64,000 bases of DNA, taken from positions 139,314,001 to 139,378,000 of the forward strand of contig OZ024743.1 of assembly GCA_964016885.1 (NCBI GenBank), in the 5' to 3' direction. Shown here piece by piece: positions 46,901-59,370 of the stretch; position 1 is the stretch's first letter, and every line of letters begins with the position of its first letter. The DNA comes from Eledone cirrhosa (taxonomy: Eukaryota). The notes below the pieces were generated by a model. The model saw only the letters and a program-made list of their open reading frames with translations, had not been told where the DNA came from and did not search any database. Made by a program: the position numbers and the translations under genes.

Positions 46901-49900
46901 TGGTATTTGGTGCTTGGTGCTTGCTGCTTGGTGTTTGGTGCTTGGTGATTGATGCTTGGTGTTTGGTGCTTGGTGCCCAGTGTTTGGTTTTTGGTGCTAG
47001 GTGCTTGGTCCATGGTGTTTGGTGCTTGGTGTTTGGTGTTTGGTGGTTGGTGCTTGGGGATTGGTGTTTGGTACTTGGTGCTTGGTGCTTGGTGTTTGGT
47101 GCTTGGTGCTTGGTGTTTGGTGTTTGGTGCTTGGTGCTTGGTATTTGGTGCCTGGTGCTTGGTGTTTGGTGTTTGGTGCTTGGTGCTTGGTGTTTGGTGC
47201 TTGGTGCTTGGTGCTTGTTGTTTGGTGATTGGTGCTTGGTGCTTGGTGTTTGGTGTTTGGTGCTTGGGGCTTGGTGTTTGGTGCTGCGTGCTTGGTGCTT
47301 GGTGCTTGGTGCTTGGTGCTTGGTGTTTGATGCTTGGTGTTTGATGCTTTGTGTTTGGTGTTTGGTGTTTGGTGCTTGGTGTTTGGTGTTTGATGCTTGG
47401 TGCTTGATGCTTGGTGCTTGGTGCTTGGTGTTTGGTGCTTGGTGCTTGGTGTTTGGTGTTTGGTGCTTGGTGCTTGGTGTTTGGTGCTTGGTGCTTGGTG
47501 CTTGTTGTTTGATGATTGGTACTTGGTGCTTGGTGTTTGGTGTTTGGTGCTTGGGGCTTGGTGTTTGGTGCTGCGTGCTTGGTGCTTGGTGCTTGGTGCT
47601 TGGTGCTTGGTGTTTTGTGTTTGGTGTTTGATGCTTGGTGCTTGGTGTTTGGTGTTTGGTGCTTGGTGTTTGGTGTTTGCTGTTTGCTGTTTGCTGTTTC
47701 GTGTTTGCTGTTTGGTGTTTGGTGTTTGGTGTTTGCTGTTTGGTGTTTGCTGTTTGGTGTTTGGTGCTTGCTGTTTGGTGCTTGGTGTTTGGTGCTTGGT
47801 GCTTGGTGTTTGGTGTTTGGTGTTTGGTGCTTGGTGCTTGGTGTTTGGTGTTTCGTGCTTGGTGTTTGGTGCTTGGTGCTTGGTGTTTGGTGTTTGGTGC
47901 TTGGTGTTTGGTGCTTGGTACTTGGTGCTTGGTGCTTGGTGTTAGGTGTTTGGTGCTTGGTGCTTGGTGTTTGGTTTTTGGTGCTTGGTGCTTGGTGTTT
48001 GGTGTTTGGTGCTTGCTGCTGGCTGCTTGGTGTTTGGTGCTTGGTGATTGGTGCTTGGTGTTTGGTGCTTGGTGTTTGGTGTTTGGTACTAGGTGCTTGG
48101 TGTTTGGTGTTTGGTGCTTGGTGCTTGGTGTTTGGTGTTTGGTGTTTGGTGCTTGGTGCTTGGTGCTTGGTGCTGGGTGGTTGGTGTTTGGTGCTTGGTG
48201 ATTAGTGTTTGGTGCTAGGTGCTTGGGGTTTGGTGTTTGGTGCTTGGTGCTTGGTGTTTGGTGCTTGGTGGTTGGTGTTTGGTGCTTGGTGGTTGGTGTT
48301 TGCTGTTTGCTGTTTGCTGTTTGCTGTTTGTTGTTTGGTGTTTGTTGATTGGTGTTTGCTGTTTGGTGCTTGGTGCTTGGTCTTTGGTGCTTGGTGTTTG
48401 GTGTTTGGTGCTTGGTGCTTTGTGTTTGGTGCTTGGTGATTAGTGTTTGGTGCTTGGTGCTTGGGGTTTGGTGTTTGGTGCTTGGTACTTGGTGTTTGGT
48501 GCTTGGTGTTTGGTGTTTGCTGTTTGGTGTTTGGTGTTTGGTGTTTGCTGTATGGTGTTTGCTGTTTCGTGTTTGGTGTTTGCTGTTTGGTGTTTGGTGT
48601 TTGCTGTTTGGTGTTTGGTCTTTGGTGCTTGGTGTTTGGTGCTTGGTGCTTGGTGTTTGGTGTTTGGTGCTTGGTGTTTGGTGTTTGGTGCTTGGTGCTT
48701 GGTGCTTGGTGTTTGGTGTTTGGTGTTTGGTGCTTGGTGTCTGGTGCTTGGTGTTTGGTGTTTGGTGTTTGGTGCTTGGTGTTTGGTGTTTGGTGTTTGG
48801 TGTTTGGTGCTTGTTGCTTGGTACTTGGTGCTTGGTGTTTGGTGCTTGGTGCTTGGTGTTTGGTGCTGGGTGCTTGGTGTTTGGTGCTTGGTGCTTGGTG
48901 CTTGGTGTTTGGTGTTTGGTGCTTGGTGCTTGGTGCTTGGTGTTTGGTGTTTGGTGCTTGGTGTTTTATGCTTGGTGTTTGATGTTTGGTGCTTGGTGCT
49001 TGGTGTTTGGTGCTTGGTGCTTGGTGTTTGTACTTGGTGCTTGGTGCTTGGTTCTTGGTGTTTGGTGCTTGGTGCTTGGTGCTTGGTGCTTGGTGTTTGG
49101 TGCTTGGTGTTTGGTGCTTGGTGTTTGGTGCTTGGTGCCTGGTGCTTGGTGCTTGGTGCTTGGTGTTTGGTGCTTGGTGTTTGGTGCTTGGTATTAGGTG
49201 TTTGGTGCTTGGTGCTTGGTGTTTGGTGTTTGGTGCTTGGTGTTTGGTGCTTGGTGCTTGGTGTTTGGTGTTTGGTGCTTGGTGTTTGGTGCTTGGTACT
49301 TGGTGCTTGGTGCTTGGTGTTAGGTGTTTGGTGCTTGGTGCTTGGTGTTTGGTTTTTGGTGCTTGGTGCTTGGTGTTTGGTGTTTGGTGCTTGCTGCTGG
49401 CTGCTTGCTGTTTGGTGCTTGGTGATTGGTGCTTGGTGTTTGGTGCTTGGTGTTTGGTGTTTGGTACTAGGTGCTTGGTGCTTGGTGTTTGGTGCTTGGT
49501 GCTTGGTGTTTGGTGTTTGGTGCTTGGTGCTTGGTGTTTGGTGCTTGGTGCTGGGTGCTGGGTGGTTGGTGTTTGGTGTTTGGTGTTTGGTGCTGGGTGC
49601 TTGGTGTTTGGTGCTTGGTGTTTGGTCTTTGGTGTTTGGTGTTTGGTGTTTGGTGCTTGGTGCTTGGTGCTTGGTGTTTGGTGCTTGGTGCTTGGTGTTT
49701 GGTGCTTGGTGCTTAGTGTTTGGTGCTAGGTGCTTGGGGTTTGGTGTTTGGTGCTTGGTGCTTGGTGCTTGGTGTTTGGTGTTTGGTGTTTGCTGTTTGG
49801 TGTTTGGTGTTTGGTGTTTGCTGTTTGGTGTCTGCTTTTTGGTGTTTGGTGTTGGCTGTATGTTATTTGCTGTTTGGTGTTTGGTGTTTGGTGTTTGGTG

Positions 49901-52900
49901 CTTGGTGCTTGGTGTTTGGTGTTTGGTGCTTGGTGCTTGGAGTTTGGTGTTTGGTGCTTGGTGCTTGGTGTTTTGTGTTTGGTGTTTGGTTTTTGGTGCT
50001 TGGTGCTTGGTGCTTGTTGCTTGGTCCTTGGTGTTTGGTGCTTGGTGCTTGGTGTTTGTACTTGGTGCTTGGTGCTTGGTGTTTGGTTCTTGGTTCTTGG
50101 TGTTTGGTACTTGGTGCTTGGTGCTCGGTGCTTGGTGTTTGGTGTTTGGTGCTTGGTGTTTGGTGCTTGGTGCTTGGTGCTTGGTGTTAGGTGTTTGGTG
50201 CTTGGTGCATGGTGTTTGGTGCTTGGTGTTTGGTGTTTGCTGTTTGGTGTTTGGTGCTTGGTGTTTGGTGTTTGCTGTTTGGTGTCTGCTTTTTGGTGTT
50301 TGGTGTTTGCTGTATGGTGTTTGCTGTTTCGTGTTTGGTGTTTGCTGTTTGGTGTTTGGTGTTTGCTGTTTGGTGTTTGGTCTTTGGTGCTTGGTGTTTG
50401 GTGCTTGGTGCTTGGTGTTTGGTGTTTGGTGCTTGGTGCTTGGTGCTTCGTGTTTGGTGTTTGGTGCTTGGTGTCTGGAGCTTGGTGTTTGGTGTTTGGT
50501 GCTTGGTATTTGGTGTTTGGTGCTTGGTGCTTGGTGTTTGGTGCTTGGTGCTTGGTGTTTGTACTTGGTGCTTGGTGCTTGGTGTTTGGTGCTTGGTTCT
50601 TGGTGTTTGGTGCTTGGTGTTTGGTGCTTGGTGCTTGGTGTTTGGTGCTTGGTGCTTGGTGTTTGGTGTTTGGTGCTTGGTGCTTGGTGCTTGGTGTTTG
50701 GTGTTTGGTGTTTGGTGCTTGGTGCTTGGTGTTTGGTGTTTGGTTCTTGGTGCTTGGTATTTGGTGCTTGGTGCTTGCTGCTTGGTGTTTGGTGCTTGGT
50801 GATTGATGCTTGGTGTTTGATGCTTGGTGCTTGGTGTTTGGTTTTTGGTGCTAGGTGCTTGGTGCTTGGTGTTTGGTGCTTGGTGTTTGGTGTTTGCTGC
50901 TTGGTGCTTGGGGCTTGGTGTTTGGTACTTGGTGCTTGGTGCTTGGTGTTTGGTGCTTGGTGCTTGGTGTATGGTGTTTGGTGTTTGGTGCTTGGTGTTT
51001 GGTGTTTGGTGCTTGGTGCTTGGTGTTTGTTGCTTGGTACTTAGTTCATGGTGTTTGGTGCTGGGTGCTTGGTGTTTGGTGCTTGGTGCTTGGTGTTTGG
51101 TGTTTGGTGCTTGGTGTTTGGTGTTTGGTGCTTGGTGCTTGGTGTTTGTTGCTTGGTACTTGGTGCATGGTGTTTGGTGCTGGGTGCTTGGTGTTTGGTG
51201 CTTGGTGTTTGGTGCTTGGTGCTTGGTGTTTGGTGTTTGGTGTTTGATGCTTGGTGTTTGATGCTTGGTGCTTGGTGCTTGGTGTTTGGTGCTTGGTGTT
51301 TGTACTTGGTGCTTGGTGTTTTGTGCTTGGTTCTTTGTGTTTGGTGTTTGGTGCTTGGTGCTTGGTGCTTGGTGTTAGGTGTTTGGTGCTTGGTGCTTGG
51401 TGTTTGGTGTTTGGTACTAGGTGCTTGGTGATTGGTGTTTGGCGCTTGGTGCTTGGTGTTTGGTGTTTGGTGTTTGGTGCTTGCTGCTTGGTGCTTGGTG
51501 CTGGGTGGTTGGTGTTTGGTGCTTGGTGATTAGTGTTTGGTGCTAGGTGCTTGGGGTTTGGTGTTTGGTGCTTGGTGCTTGGTGTTTGGTGCTTGGTGCT
51601 TGGTGTTTGGTGCTTGGTGCTTGGTGTTTGGTGTTTGCTGTTTGCTGTTTGGTGTTTGTTGTTTGGTGTTTGTTGTTTGGTGTTTGCTGTTTGGTGTTTG
51701 GTATTTGGTGTTTGCTGTTTGGTGTCTGCTTTTTGGTGTTTGGTGTTTGCTGTATGTTGTTTGGTGTTTGGTGTTTGGTGTTTGGTGTTTGGTGTTTGGT
51801 GCTTGGTGCTTGGTGTTTGGTGCTTGGTGCTTGGTGTTTGGTGCCTGGTGCTTGGTACTTGGTGTTTGGTGTCTGGTGCTTGGTGCTTGGTGCTTGGAGT
51901 TTGGTGTTTGGTGCTTGGTGCTTGGTGTTTTGTGTTTGGTGTTTGGTTTTTGGTGCTTGGTGCTTGGTGCTTGGCACTTAGTCCTTGGTGTTTGGTGCTT
52001 GGTGCTTGGTGTTTGTACTTGGTGCTTGGTGCTTGGTGTTTGGTTCTTGGTTCTTGGTGTTTGGTACTTGGTGCTTGGTGCTTGGTGCTTGGTGTTTGGT
52101 GTTTGGTGCTTGGTGTTTGGTGCTTGGTGCTTGGTGCTTGGTGCTTGGTGTTAGGTGTTTGGTGCTTGGTGCTTGGTGTTTGGTGCTTGGTGTTTGCTGT
52201 CTGGTGTTTGGTGTTTGGTGTTTGGTGTTTGCTGTTTGGTGTCTGCTTTTTGGTGTTTGGTGTTTGCTGTATGGTGTTTGCTGTTTGGTGTTTGGTGCTT
52301 CGTGTTTGGTGTTTGGTCTTTGGTGATTGGTGTCTGGTGCTTGATGTTTGGTGTTTGGTGTTTGGTGCTTGGTGTTTGGTGCTTGGTGCTTGGTGTTTGT
52401 ACTTGGTGCTTGGTGCTTGGTGTTTGGTGCTTGGTTCTTGGTGTTTGGTGCTTGGTGTTTGGTGCTTGGTGCTTGGTGTTTGGTGCTTGGTGCTTGGTGT
52501 TTGGTGTTTGGTGCTTGGTGCTTGGTGCTTGGTGTTAGGTGTTTGGTGCTTGGTGCTTGGTGTTTAGTGTTTGGTTCTTGGTGCTTGGTATTTGGTGGTT
52601 GGTGCTTGCTGCTTGGTGTTTGGTGCTTGGTGATTGATGCTTGGTGTTTGGTGCTTGGTGCCCAGTGTTTGGTTTTTGGTGCTAGGTGCTTGGTGCATGG
52701 TGTTTGGTGCTTGGTGTTTGGTGTTTGGTGGTTGGTGCTTGGGGATTGGTGTTTGGTACTTGGTGCTTGGTGCTTGGTGTTTGGTGCTTGGTGCTTGGTG
52801 TTTGGTGTTTGGTGCTTGGTGCTTGGTATTTGGTGCTTGGTGCTTGGTGTTTGGTGTTTGGTGCTTGGTGCTTGGTGTTTGGTGCTTGGTGCTTGGTGCT

Positions 52901-55183
52901 TGTTGTTTGGTGATTGGTGCTTGGTGCTTGGTGTTTGGTGTTTGGTGCTTGGGGCTTGGTGTTTGGTGCTGCGTGCTTGGTGCTTGGTGCTTGGTGCTTG
53001 GTGCTTGGTGTTTGATGCTTGGTGTTTGATGCTTTGTGTTTGGTGTTTGGTGTTTGGTGCTTGGTGTTTGGTGTTTGATGCTTGGTGCTTGATGCTTGGT
53101 GCTTGGTGCTTGGTGTTTGGTGCTTGGTGCTTGGTGTTTGGTGTTTGGTGCTTGGTGCTTGGTGTTTGGTGCTTGGTGCTTGGTGCTTGTTGTTTGATGA
53201 TTGGTACTTGGTGCTTGGTGTTTGGTGTTTGGTGCTTGGGGCTTGGTGTTTGGTGCTGCGTGCTTGGTGCTTGGTGCTTGGTGCTTGGTGCTTGGTGTTT
53301 TGTGTTTGGTGTTTGATGCTTGGTGCTTGGTGTTTGGTGTTTGGTGCTTGGTGTTTGGTGTTTGCTGTTTGCTGTTTGCTGTTTCGTGTTTGCTGTTTGG
53401 TGTTTGGTGTTTGGTGTTTGCTGTATGTTGTTTGCTGTTTGGTGTTTGGTGTTTGGTGTTTGGTGTTTGGTGTTTGGTGCTTGGTGCTTGGTGTTTGGTG
53501 CTTGGTGCTTGGTGTTTGGTGCCTGGTGCTTGGTACTTGGTGTTTGGTGTTTGGTGCTTGGTGCTTGGTGCTTGGAGTTTGGTGTTTGGTGCTTGGTGCT
53601 TGGTGTTTTGTGTTTGGTGTTTGGTTTTTGGTGCTTGGTGCTTGGTGCTTGGCACTTAGTCCTTGGTGTTTGGTGCTTGGTGCTTGGTGTTTGTACTTGG
53701 TGCTTGGTGCTTGGTGTTTGGTTCTTGGTTCTTGGTGTTTGGTACTTGGTGCTTGGTGCTTGGTGCTTGGTGTTTGGTGTTTGGTGCTTGGTGTTTGGTG
53801 CTTGGTGCTTGGTGCTTGGTGCTTGGTGTTAGGTGTTTGGTGCTTGGTGCTTGGTGTTTGGTGCTTGGTGTTTGCTGTCTGGTGTTTGGTGTTTGGTGTT
53901 TGGTGTTTGCTGTTTGGTGTCTGCTTTTTGGTGTTTGGTGTTTGCTGTATGGTGTTTGCTGTTTGGTGTTTGGTGCTTCGTGTTTGGTGTTTGGTGCTTC
54001 GTGTTTGGTGTTTGGTCTTTGGTGATTGGTGTCTGGTGCTTGATGTTTGGTGTTTGGTGTTTGGTGCTTGGTGCTTGGTGTTTGGTGCTTGGTTCTTGGT
54101 GTTTGGTGCTTGGTGTTTGGTGCTTGGTGCTTGGTGTTTGGTGCTTGGTGCTTGGTGTTTGGTGTTTGGTGCTTGGTGCTTGGTGCTTGGTGTTAGGTGT
54201 TTGGTGCTTGGTGCTTGGTGTTTAGTGTTTGGTTCTTGGTGCTTGGTATTTGGTGCTTGGTGCTTGCTGCTTGGTGTTTGGTGCTTGGTGATTGATGCTT
54301 GGTGTTTGGTGCTTGGTGCCCAGTGTTTGGTTTTTGGTGCTAGGTGCTTGGTCCATGGTGTTTGGTGCTTGGTGTTTGGTGTTTGGTGGTTGGTGCTTGG
54401 GGATTGGTGTTTGGTACTTGGTGCTTGGTGCTTGGTGTTTGGTGCTTGGTGCTTGGTGTTTGGTGTTTGGTGCTTGGTGCTTGGTATTTGGTGCCTGGTG
54501 CTTGGTGTTTGGTGTTTGGTGCTTGGTGCTTGGTGTTTGGTGCTTGGTGCTTGGTGCTTGTTGTTTGGTGATTGGTGCTTGGTGCTTGGTGTTTGGTGTT
54601 TGGTGCTTGGGGCTTGGTGTTTGGTGCTGCGTGCTTGGTGCTTGGTGCTTGGTGCTTGGTGCTTGGTGTTTGATGCTTGGTGTTTGATGCTTTGTGTTTG
54701 GTGTTTGGTGTTTGGTGCTTGGTGTTTGGTGTTTGATGCTTGGTGCTTGATGCTTGGTGCTTGGTGCTTGGTGTTTGGTGCTTGGTGCTTGGTGTTTGGT
54801 GTTTGGTGCTTGGTGCTTGGTGTTTGGTGCTTGGTGCTTGGTGCTTGTTGTTTGATGATTGGTACTTGGTGCTTGGTGTTTGGTGTTTGGTGCTTGGGGC
54901 TTGGTGTTTGGTGCTGCGTGCTTGGTGCTTGGTGCTTGGTGCTTGGTGCTTGGTGTTTTGTGTTTGGTGTTTGATGCTTGGTGCTTGGTGTTTGGTGTTT
55001 GGTGCTTGGTGTTTGGTGTTTGCTGTTTGCTGTTTGCTGTTTCGTGTTTGCTGTTTGGTGTTTGGTGTTTGGTGTTTGCTGTTTGGTGTTTGCTGTTTGG
55101 TGTTTGGTGCTTGCTGTTTGGTGCTTGGTGTTTGGTGCTTGGTGCTTGGTGTTTGGTGTTTGGTGTTTGGTGCTTGGTGCTTG
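40498..55183. repeat. Tandem duplication of a 7322/7343-bp unit (copies about 40498-47819 and 47820-55183)
   Basis: The offset is 7322 for ORFs 41027/48349 and 41664/48986. It is 7343 for 43481/50824, 44190/51533, 45739/53082 and 47397/54740. A 21-bp indel near 43020 explains the shift. Confidence 0.94.
44400..47740. repeat. Nested ~1.66-1.68 kb tandem duplication inside the 7.3-kb unit (repeated at about 51740-55080)
   Basis: ORF offsets are 1678 (44642/46320) and 1658 (45291/46949, 45739/47397). The markers GGCACTTAGTCC and TTGATGATTGGTAC each occur twice per 7.3-kb unit. Confidence 0.88.
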
Positions 55184-55885
55184 GGGCTTGATTTGGTGCT
55201 TGGTGCTTGGTGCTTGGTGTTTGGTGTTTGGTGCTTGGTGTTTGGTGCTTGGTGCTTGGTGCTGGATGTTTGGTGCTTGGTGTTTGGTGCATGGTGCTTG
55301 GTGCTTGTTGTTTGTCGCTTGTTGCTTGGTGCTTGGTGTTTGGTGCTTGGTGCTTGGTGTTTGGTGTTTGGTGCTTGGTGCTTGGTGTTTGGTGTTTGGT
55401 GCTTGGTGTTTGGTGTTTGGTGCTTGGTGCTTGGTGTTTGCTGCTTGGTACTTGGTGCATGGTGTTTGGTGCTGGGTGCTTGGTGTTTGGTGCTTGGTGT
55501 TTGGTGCTTGGTGCTTGGTGTTTGGTGTTTGGTGTTTGATGCTTGGTGTTTTATGCTTGGTGCTTGGTGTTTGGTGCTTGGTGTTTGTACTTGGTGCTTG
55601 GTGCTTGGTGTTTTGTGCTTGGTTCTTGGTGTTTGGTGTTTGGTGCTTGGTACTTGGTGCTTGGTGTTAGGTGTTTGGTGCTTGGTGCTTGGTGTTTGGT
55701 GTTTGGTCCTTGGTGCTTGGTGCTTGGTGTTTAGTGCTTGGTGCTTGGTGTTTGTTGTTTGGTGCTTTCTGCTTGCTGCTTGGTGTTTGCTGCTTGGTGC
55801 TTGGTGCTTGGTGTTTGGTGTTTGGTGCTAGGTGCTTGGTGTTTGGTGTTTGGTGTTTGATGCTTGGTGTTTGGTGCTTGGTGTT
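55050..55885. repeat. Dispersed copy of the block at about 13650-14485 (offset 41,397 bp)
   Basis: ORF pairs 13810/55207, 14146/55543 and 14274/55671 share this offset. I saw the markers GGGGCTTGATTTGG and TTTGTCGCTTGTTGC only at these two sites. Confidence 0.9.
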
Positions 55886-58800
55886 TGGTGCTTGGTGCTT
55901 GGGGCTTGGTGTTTGGTGCTTGGTGCTTGGTGCTTTGTGTTTGGTGCTTGGTGTTTGGTGTTTGGTGTTTGATGCTTGGTGTTTGGTGCTTGGTGTTTGG
56001 TGCTTGGTGCTTGGGGCTTGGTGTTTGGTGTTTGGTGCTTGGTGCTTGGTGTTTGGTGCTTGGTGCTTGGTGCTGGGTGGTTGGTATTTGGTGCTTGGTG
56101 CTTGGTGTTTGGTGCTTGGTGCTTGGTGCTTGGTGTTTGGTGCTTGGTGCTTGGTGCTTGGTCTTTGGTGCTTGGTGTTTGGTGTTTGGTGCTTGGTGCT
56201 TTGTGTTTGGTGCTTGGTGATTAGTGTTTGGTGCTTGGTGCTTGGGGTTTGGTGTTTGGTGCTTGGTACTTGGTGTTTGGCGCTTGGTGTTTGGTGTTTG
56301 CTGTTTGGTGTTTGGTGTTTGGTGTTTGCTGTATGGTGTTTGCTGTTTTGTGTTTGGTGTTTGCTGTTTGGTGTTTGGTGTTTGCTGTTTGGTGTTTGGT
56401 CTTTGGTGCTTGGTGTTTGGTGCTTGGTGCTTGGTGTTTGGTGTTTGGTGCTTGGTGTTTGGTGTTTGGTGCTTGGTGCTTGGTGCTTGGTGTTTGGTGT
56501 TTGGTGTTTGGTGCTTGGTGTCTGGTGCTTGGTGTTTGGTGTTTGGTGTTTGGTGCTTGGTGTTTGGTGTTTGGTGTTTGGTGTTTGGTGCTTGTTGCTT
56601 GGTACTTGGTGCTTGGTGTTTGGTGCTTGGTGCTTGGTGTTTGGTGCTGGGTGCTTGGTGTTTGGTGCTTGGTTCTTGGTGCTTGGTGTTTGGTGTTTGG
56701 TGCTTGGTGCTTGGTGCTTGGTGTTTGGTGTTTGGTGCTTGGTGTTTTATGCTTGGTGTTTGATGTTTGGTGCTTGGTGCTTGGTGTTTGGTGCTTGGTG
56801 CTTGGTGTTTGTACTTGGTGCTTGGTGCTTGGTTCTTGGTGTTTGGTGCTTGGTGCTTGGTGCTTGGTGCTTGGTGTTTGGTGCTTGGTGTTTGGTGCTT
56901 GGTGTTTGGTGCTTGGTGCCTGGTGCTTGGTGCTTGGTGTTTGGTGCTTGGTGTTTGGTGCTTGGTATTAGGTGTTTGGTGCTTGGTGCTTGGTGTTTGG
57001 TGTTTGGTGCTTGGTGTTTGGTGCTTGGTGCTTGGTGTTTGGTGTTTGGTGCTTGGTGTTTGGTGCTTGGTACTTGGTGCTTGGTGCTTGGTGTTAGGTG
57101 TTTGGTGCTTGGTGCTTGGTGTTTGGTTTTTGGTGCTTGGTGCTTGGTGTTTGGTGTTTGGTGCTTGCTGCTGGCTGCTTGGTGTTTGGTGCTTGGTGAT
57201 TGGTGCTTGGTGTTTGGTGCTTGGTGTTTGGTGTTTGGTACTAGGTGCTTGGTGCTTGGTGTTTGGTGCTTGGTGCTTGGTGTTTGGTGTTTGGTGCTTG
57301 GTGCTTGGTGTTTGGTGCTTGGTGCTGGGTGCTGGGTGGTTGGTGTTTGGTGTTTGGTGTTTGGTGCTGGGTGCTTGGTGTTTGGTGCTTGGTGCTTGGT
57401 CTTTGGTGTTTGGTGTTTGGTGTTTGGTGCTTGGTGCTTGGTGCTTGGTGTTTGGTGCTTGGTGCTTGGTGTTTGGTGCTTGGTGCTTAGTGTTTGGTGC
57501 TAGGTGCTTGGGGTTTGGTGTTTGGTGCTTGGTGCTTGGTGTTTGGTGCTTGGTGCTTGGTGTTTGGTGTTTGGTGCTTGGTGCTTGGTGTTTGGTGTTT
57601 GGTGTTTGCTGTTTGGTGTTTGGTGTTTGGTGTTTGCTGTTTGGTGTCTGCTTTTTGGTGTTTGGTGTTGGCTGTATGTTATTTGCTGTTTGGTGTTTGG
57701 TGTTTGGTGTTTGGTGCTTGGTGCTTGGTGTTTGGTGTTTGGTGCTTGGTGCTTGGAGTTTGGTGTTTGGTGCTTGGTGCTTGGTGTTTTGTGTTTGGTG
57801 TTTGGTTTTTGGTGCTTGGTGCTTGGTGCTTGTTGCTTGGTCCTTGGTGTTTGGTGCTTGGTGCTTGGTGTTTGTACTTGGTGCTTGGTGCTTGGTGTTT
57901 GGTTCTTGGTTCTTGGTGTTTGGTACTTGGTGCTTGGTGCTTGGTGCTTGGTGTTTGGTGTTTGGTGCTTGGTGTTTGGTGCTTGGTGCTTGGTGCTTGG
58001 TGTTAGGTGTTTGGTGCTTGGTGCTTGGTGTTTGGTGCTTGGTGTTTGGTGTTTGCTGTTTGGTGTTTGGTGTTTGGTGTTTGCTGTTTGCTGTTTGGTG
58101 TCTGCTTTTTGGTGTTTGGTGTTTGCTGTATGGTGTTTGCTGTTTCGTGTTTGGTGTTTGCTGTTTGGTGTTTGGTGTTTGCTGTTTGGTGTTTGGTCTT
58201 TGGTGCTTGGTGTTTGGTGCTCGGTGCTTGGTGTTTGGTGTTTGGTGCTTGGTGCTTGGTGCTTCGTGTTTGGTGTTTGGTGCTTCGTGTCTGGAGCTTG
58301 GTGTTTGGTGTTTGGTGCTTGGTGTTTGGTGTTTGGTGCTTGGTGCTTGGTGTTTGGTGCTTGGTTCTTGGTGTTTGGTGCTTGGTGTTTGGTGCTTGGT
58401 GCTTGGTGTTTGGTGCTTGGTGCTTGGTGTTTGGTGTTTGGTGCTTGGTGCTTGGTGCTTGGTGTTTGATGTTTGGTGCTTGGTGCTTGGTGTTTGGTGT
58501 TTGGTTCTTGGTGATTGGTATTTGGTGCTTGGTGCTTGCTGCTTGGTGTTTGGTGGTTGCTGCTTGGTGCTGGGTGCTTGGTGTTTGGTGCTTGGTGCTT
58601 GGTGTTTGGTGTTTGGTGCTTGGTGTTTGGTGTTTGGTGCTTGGTGCTTGGTGTTTGTTGCTTGGTACTTGGTGCATGGTGTTTGGTGCTGGGTGCTTGG
58701 TGTTTGGTGCTTGGTGTTTGGTGCTTGGTGCTTGGTGTTTGGTGTTTGGTGTTTGATGCTTGGTGCTTGGTGCTTGGTGTTTGGTGCTTGGTGTTTGTAC

Positions 58801-59370
58801 TTGGTGCTTGGTGTTTTGTGCTTGGTTCTTTGTGTTTGGTGTTTGGTGCTTGGTGCTTGGTGCTTGGTGTTAGGTGTTTGGAGCTTGGTGCTTGGTGTTT
58901 GGTGTTTGGTCCTTGGTGCTTGGTGTTTAGTGCTTGGTGCTTGGTGTTTGTTGTTTGGTGCTTTCTGCTTGCTGCTTGGCGTTTGGTGCTTGGTGCTTGG
59001 TGCTTGGTGTTTGGTGTTTGGTGCTAGGTGCTTGGTGTTTGGTGTTTGGTGTTTGATGCTTGGTGTTTGGTGCTTGGTGTTTGGTGTTTTGTGCTTGGTG
59101 CTTGGGGCTTGGTGTTTAGTGCTTGGTGCTTGGTGCTTGGTGTTTGGTGGTTGGTGCTTGGTGTTTGGTGTTTGGTGTTTGGTGCTTGGTGCTTGGTGTT
59201 TGGTGCTTGGTGCTTGGTGCTGGGTGGTTGGTATTTGGTGCTTGGTGCTTGGTGTTTGGTGCTTGGTGCTTGGTGCTTGGTGTTTGGTGCTTGGTGCTTG
59301 GTGCTTGGTCTTTGGTGCTTGGTGTTTGGTGCTTGGTGCTTGGTGCTTGGTGTTTGGTGCTTGGTGATTA

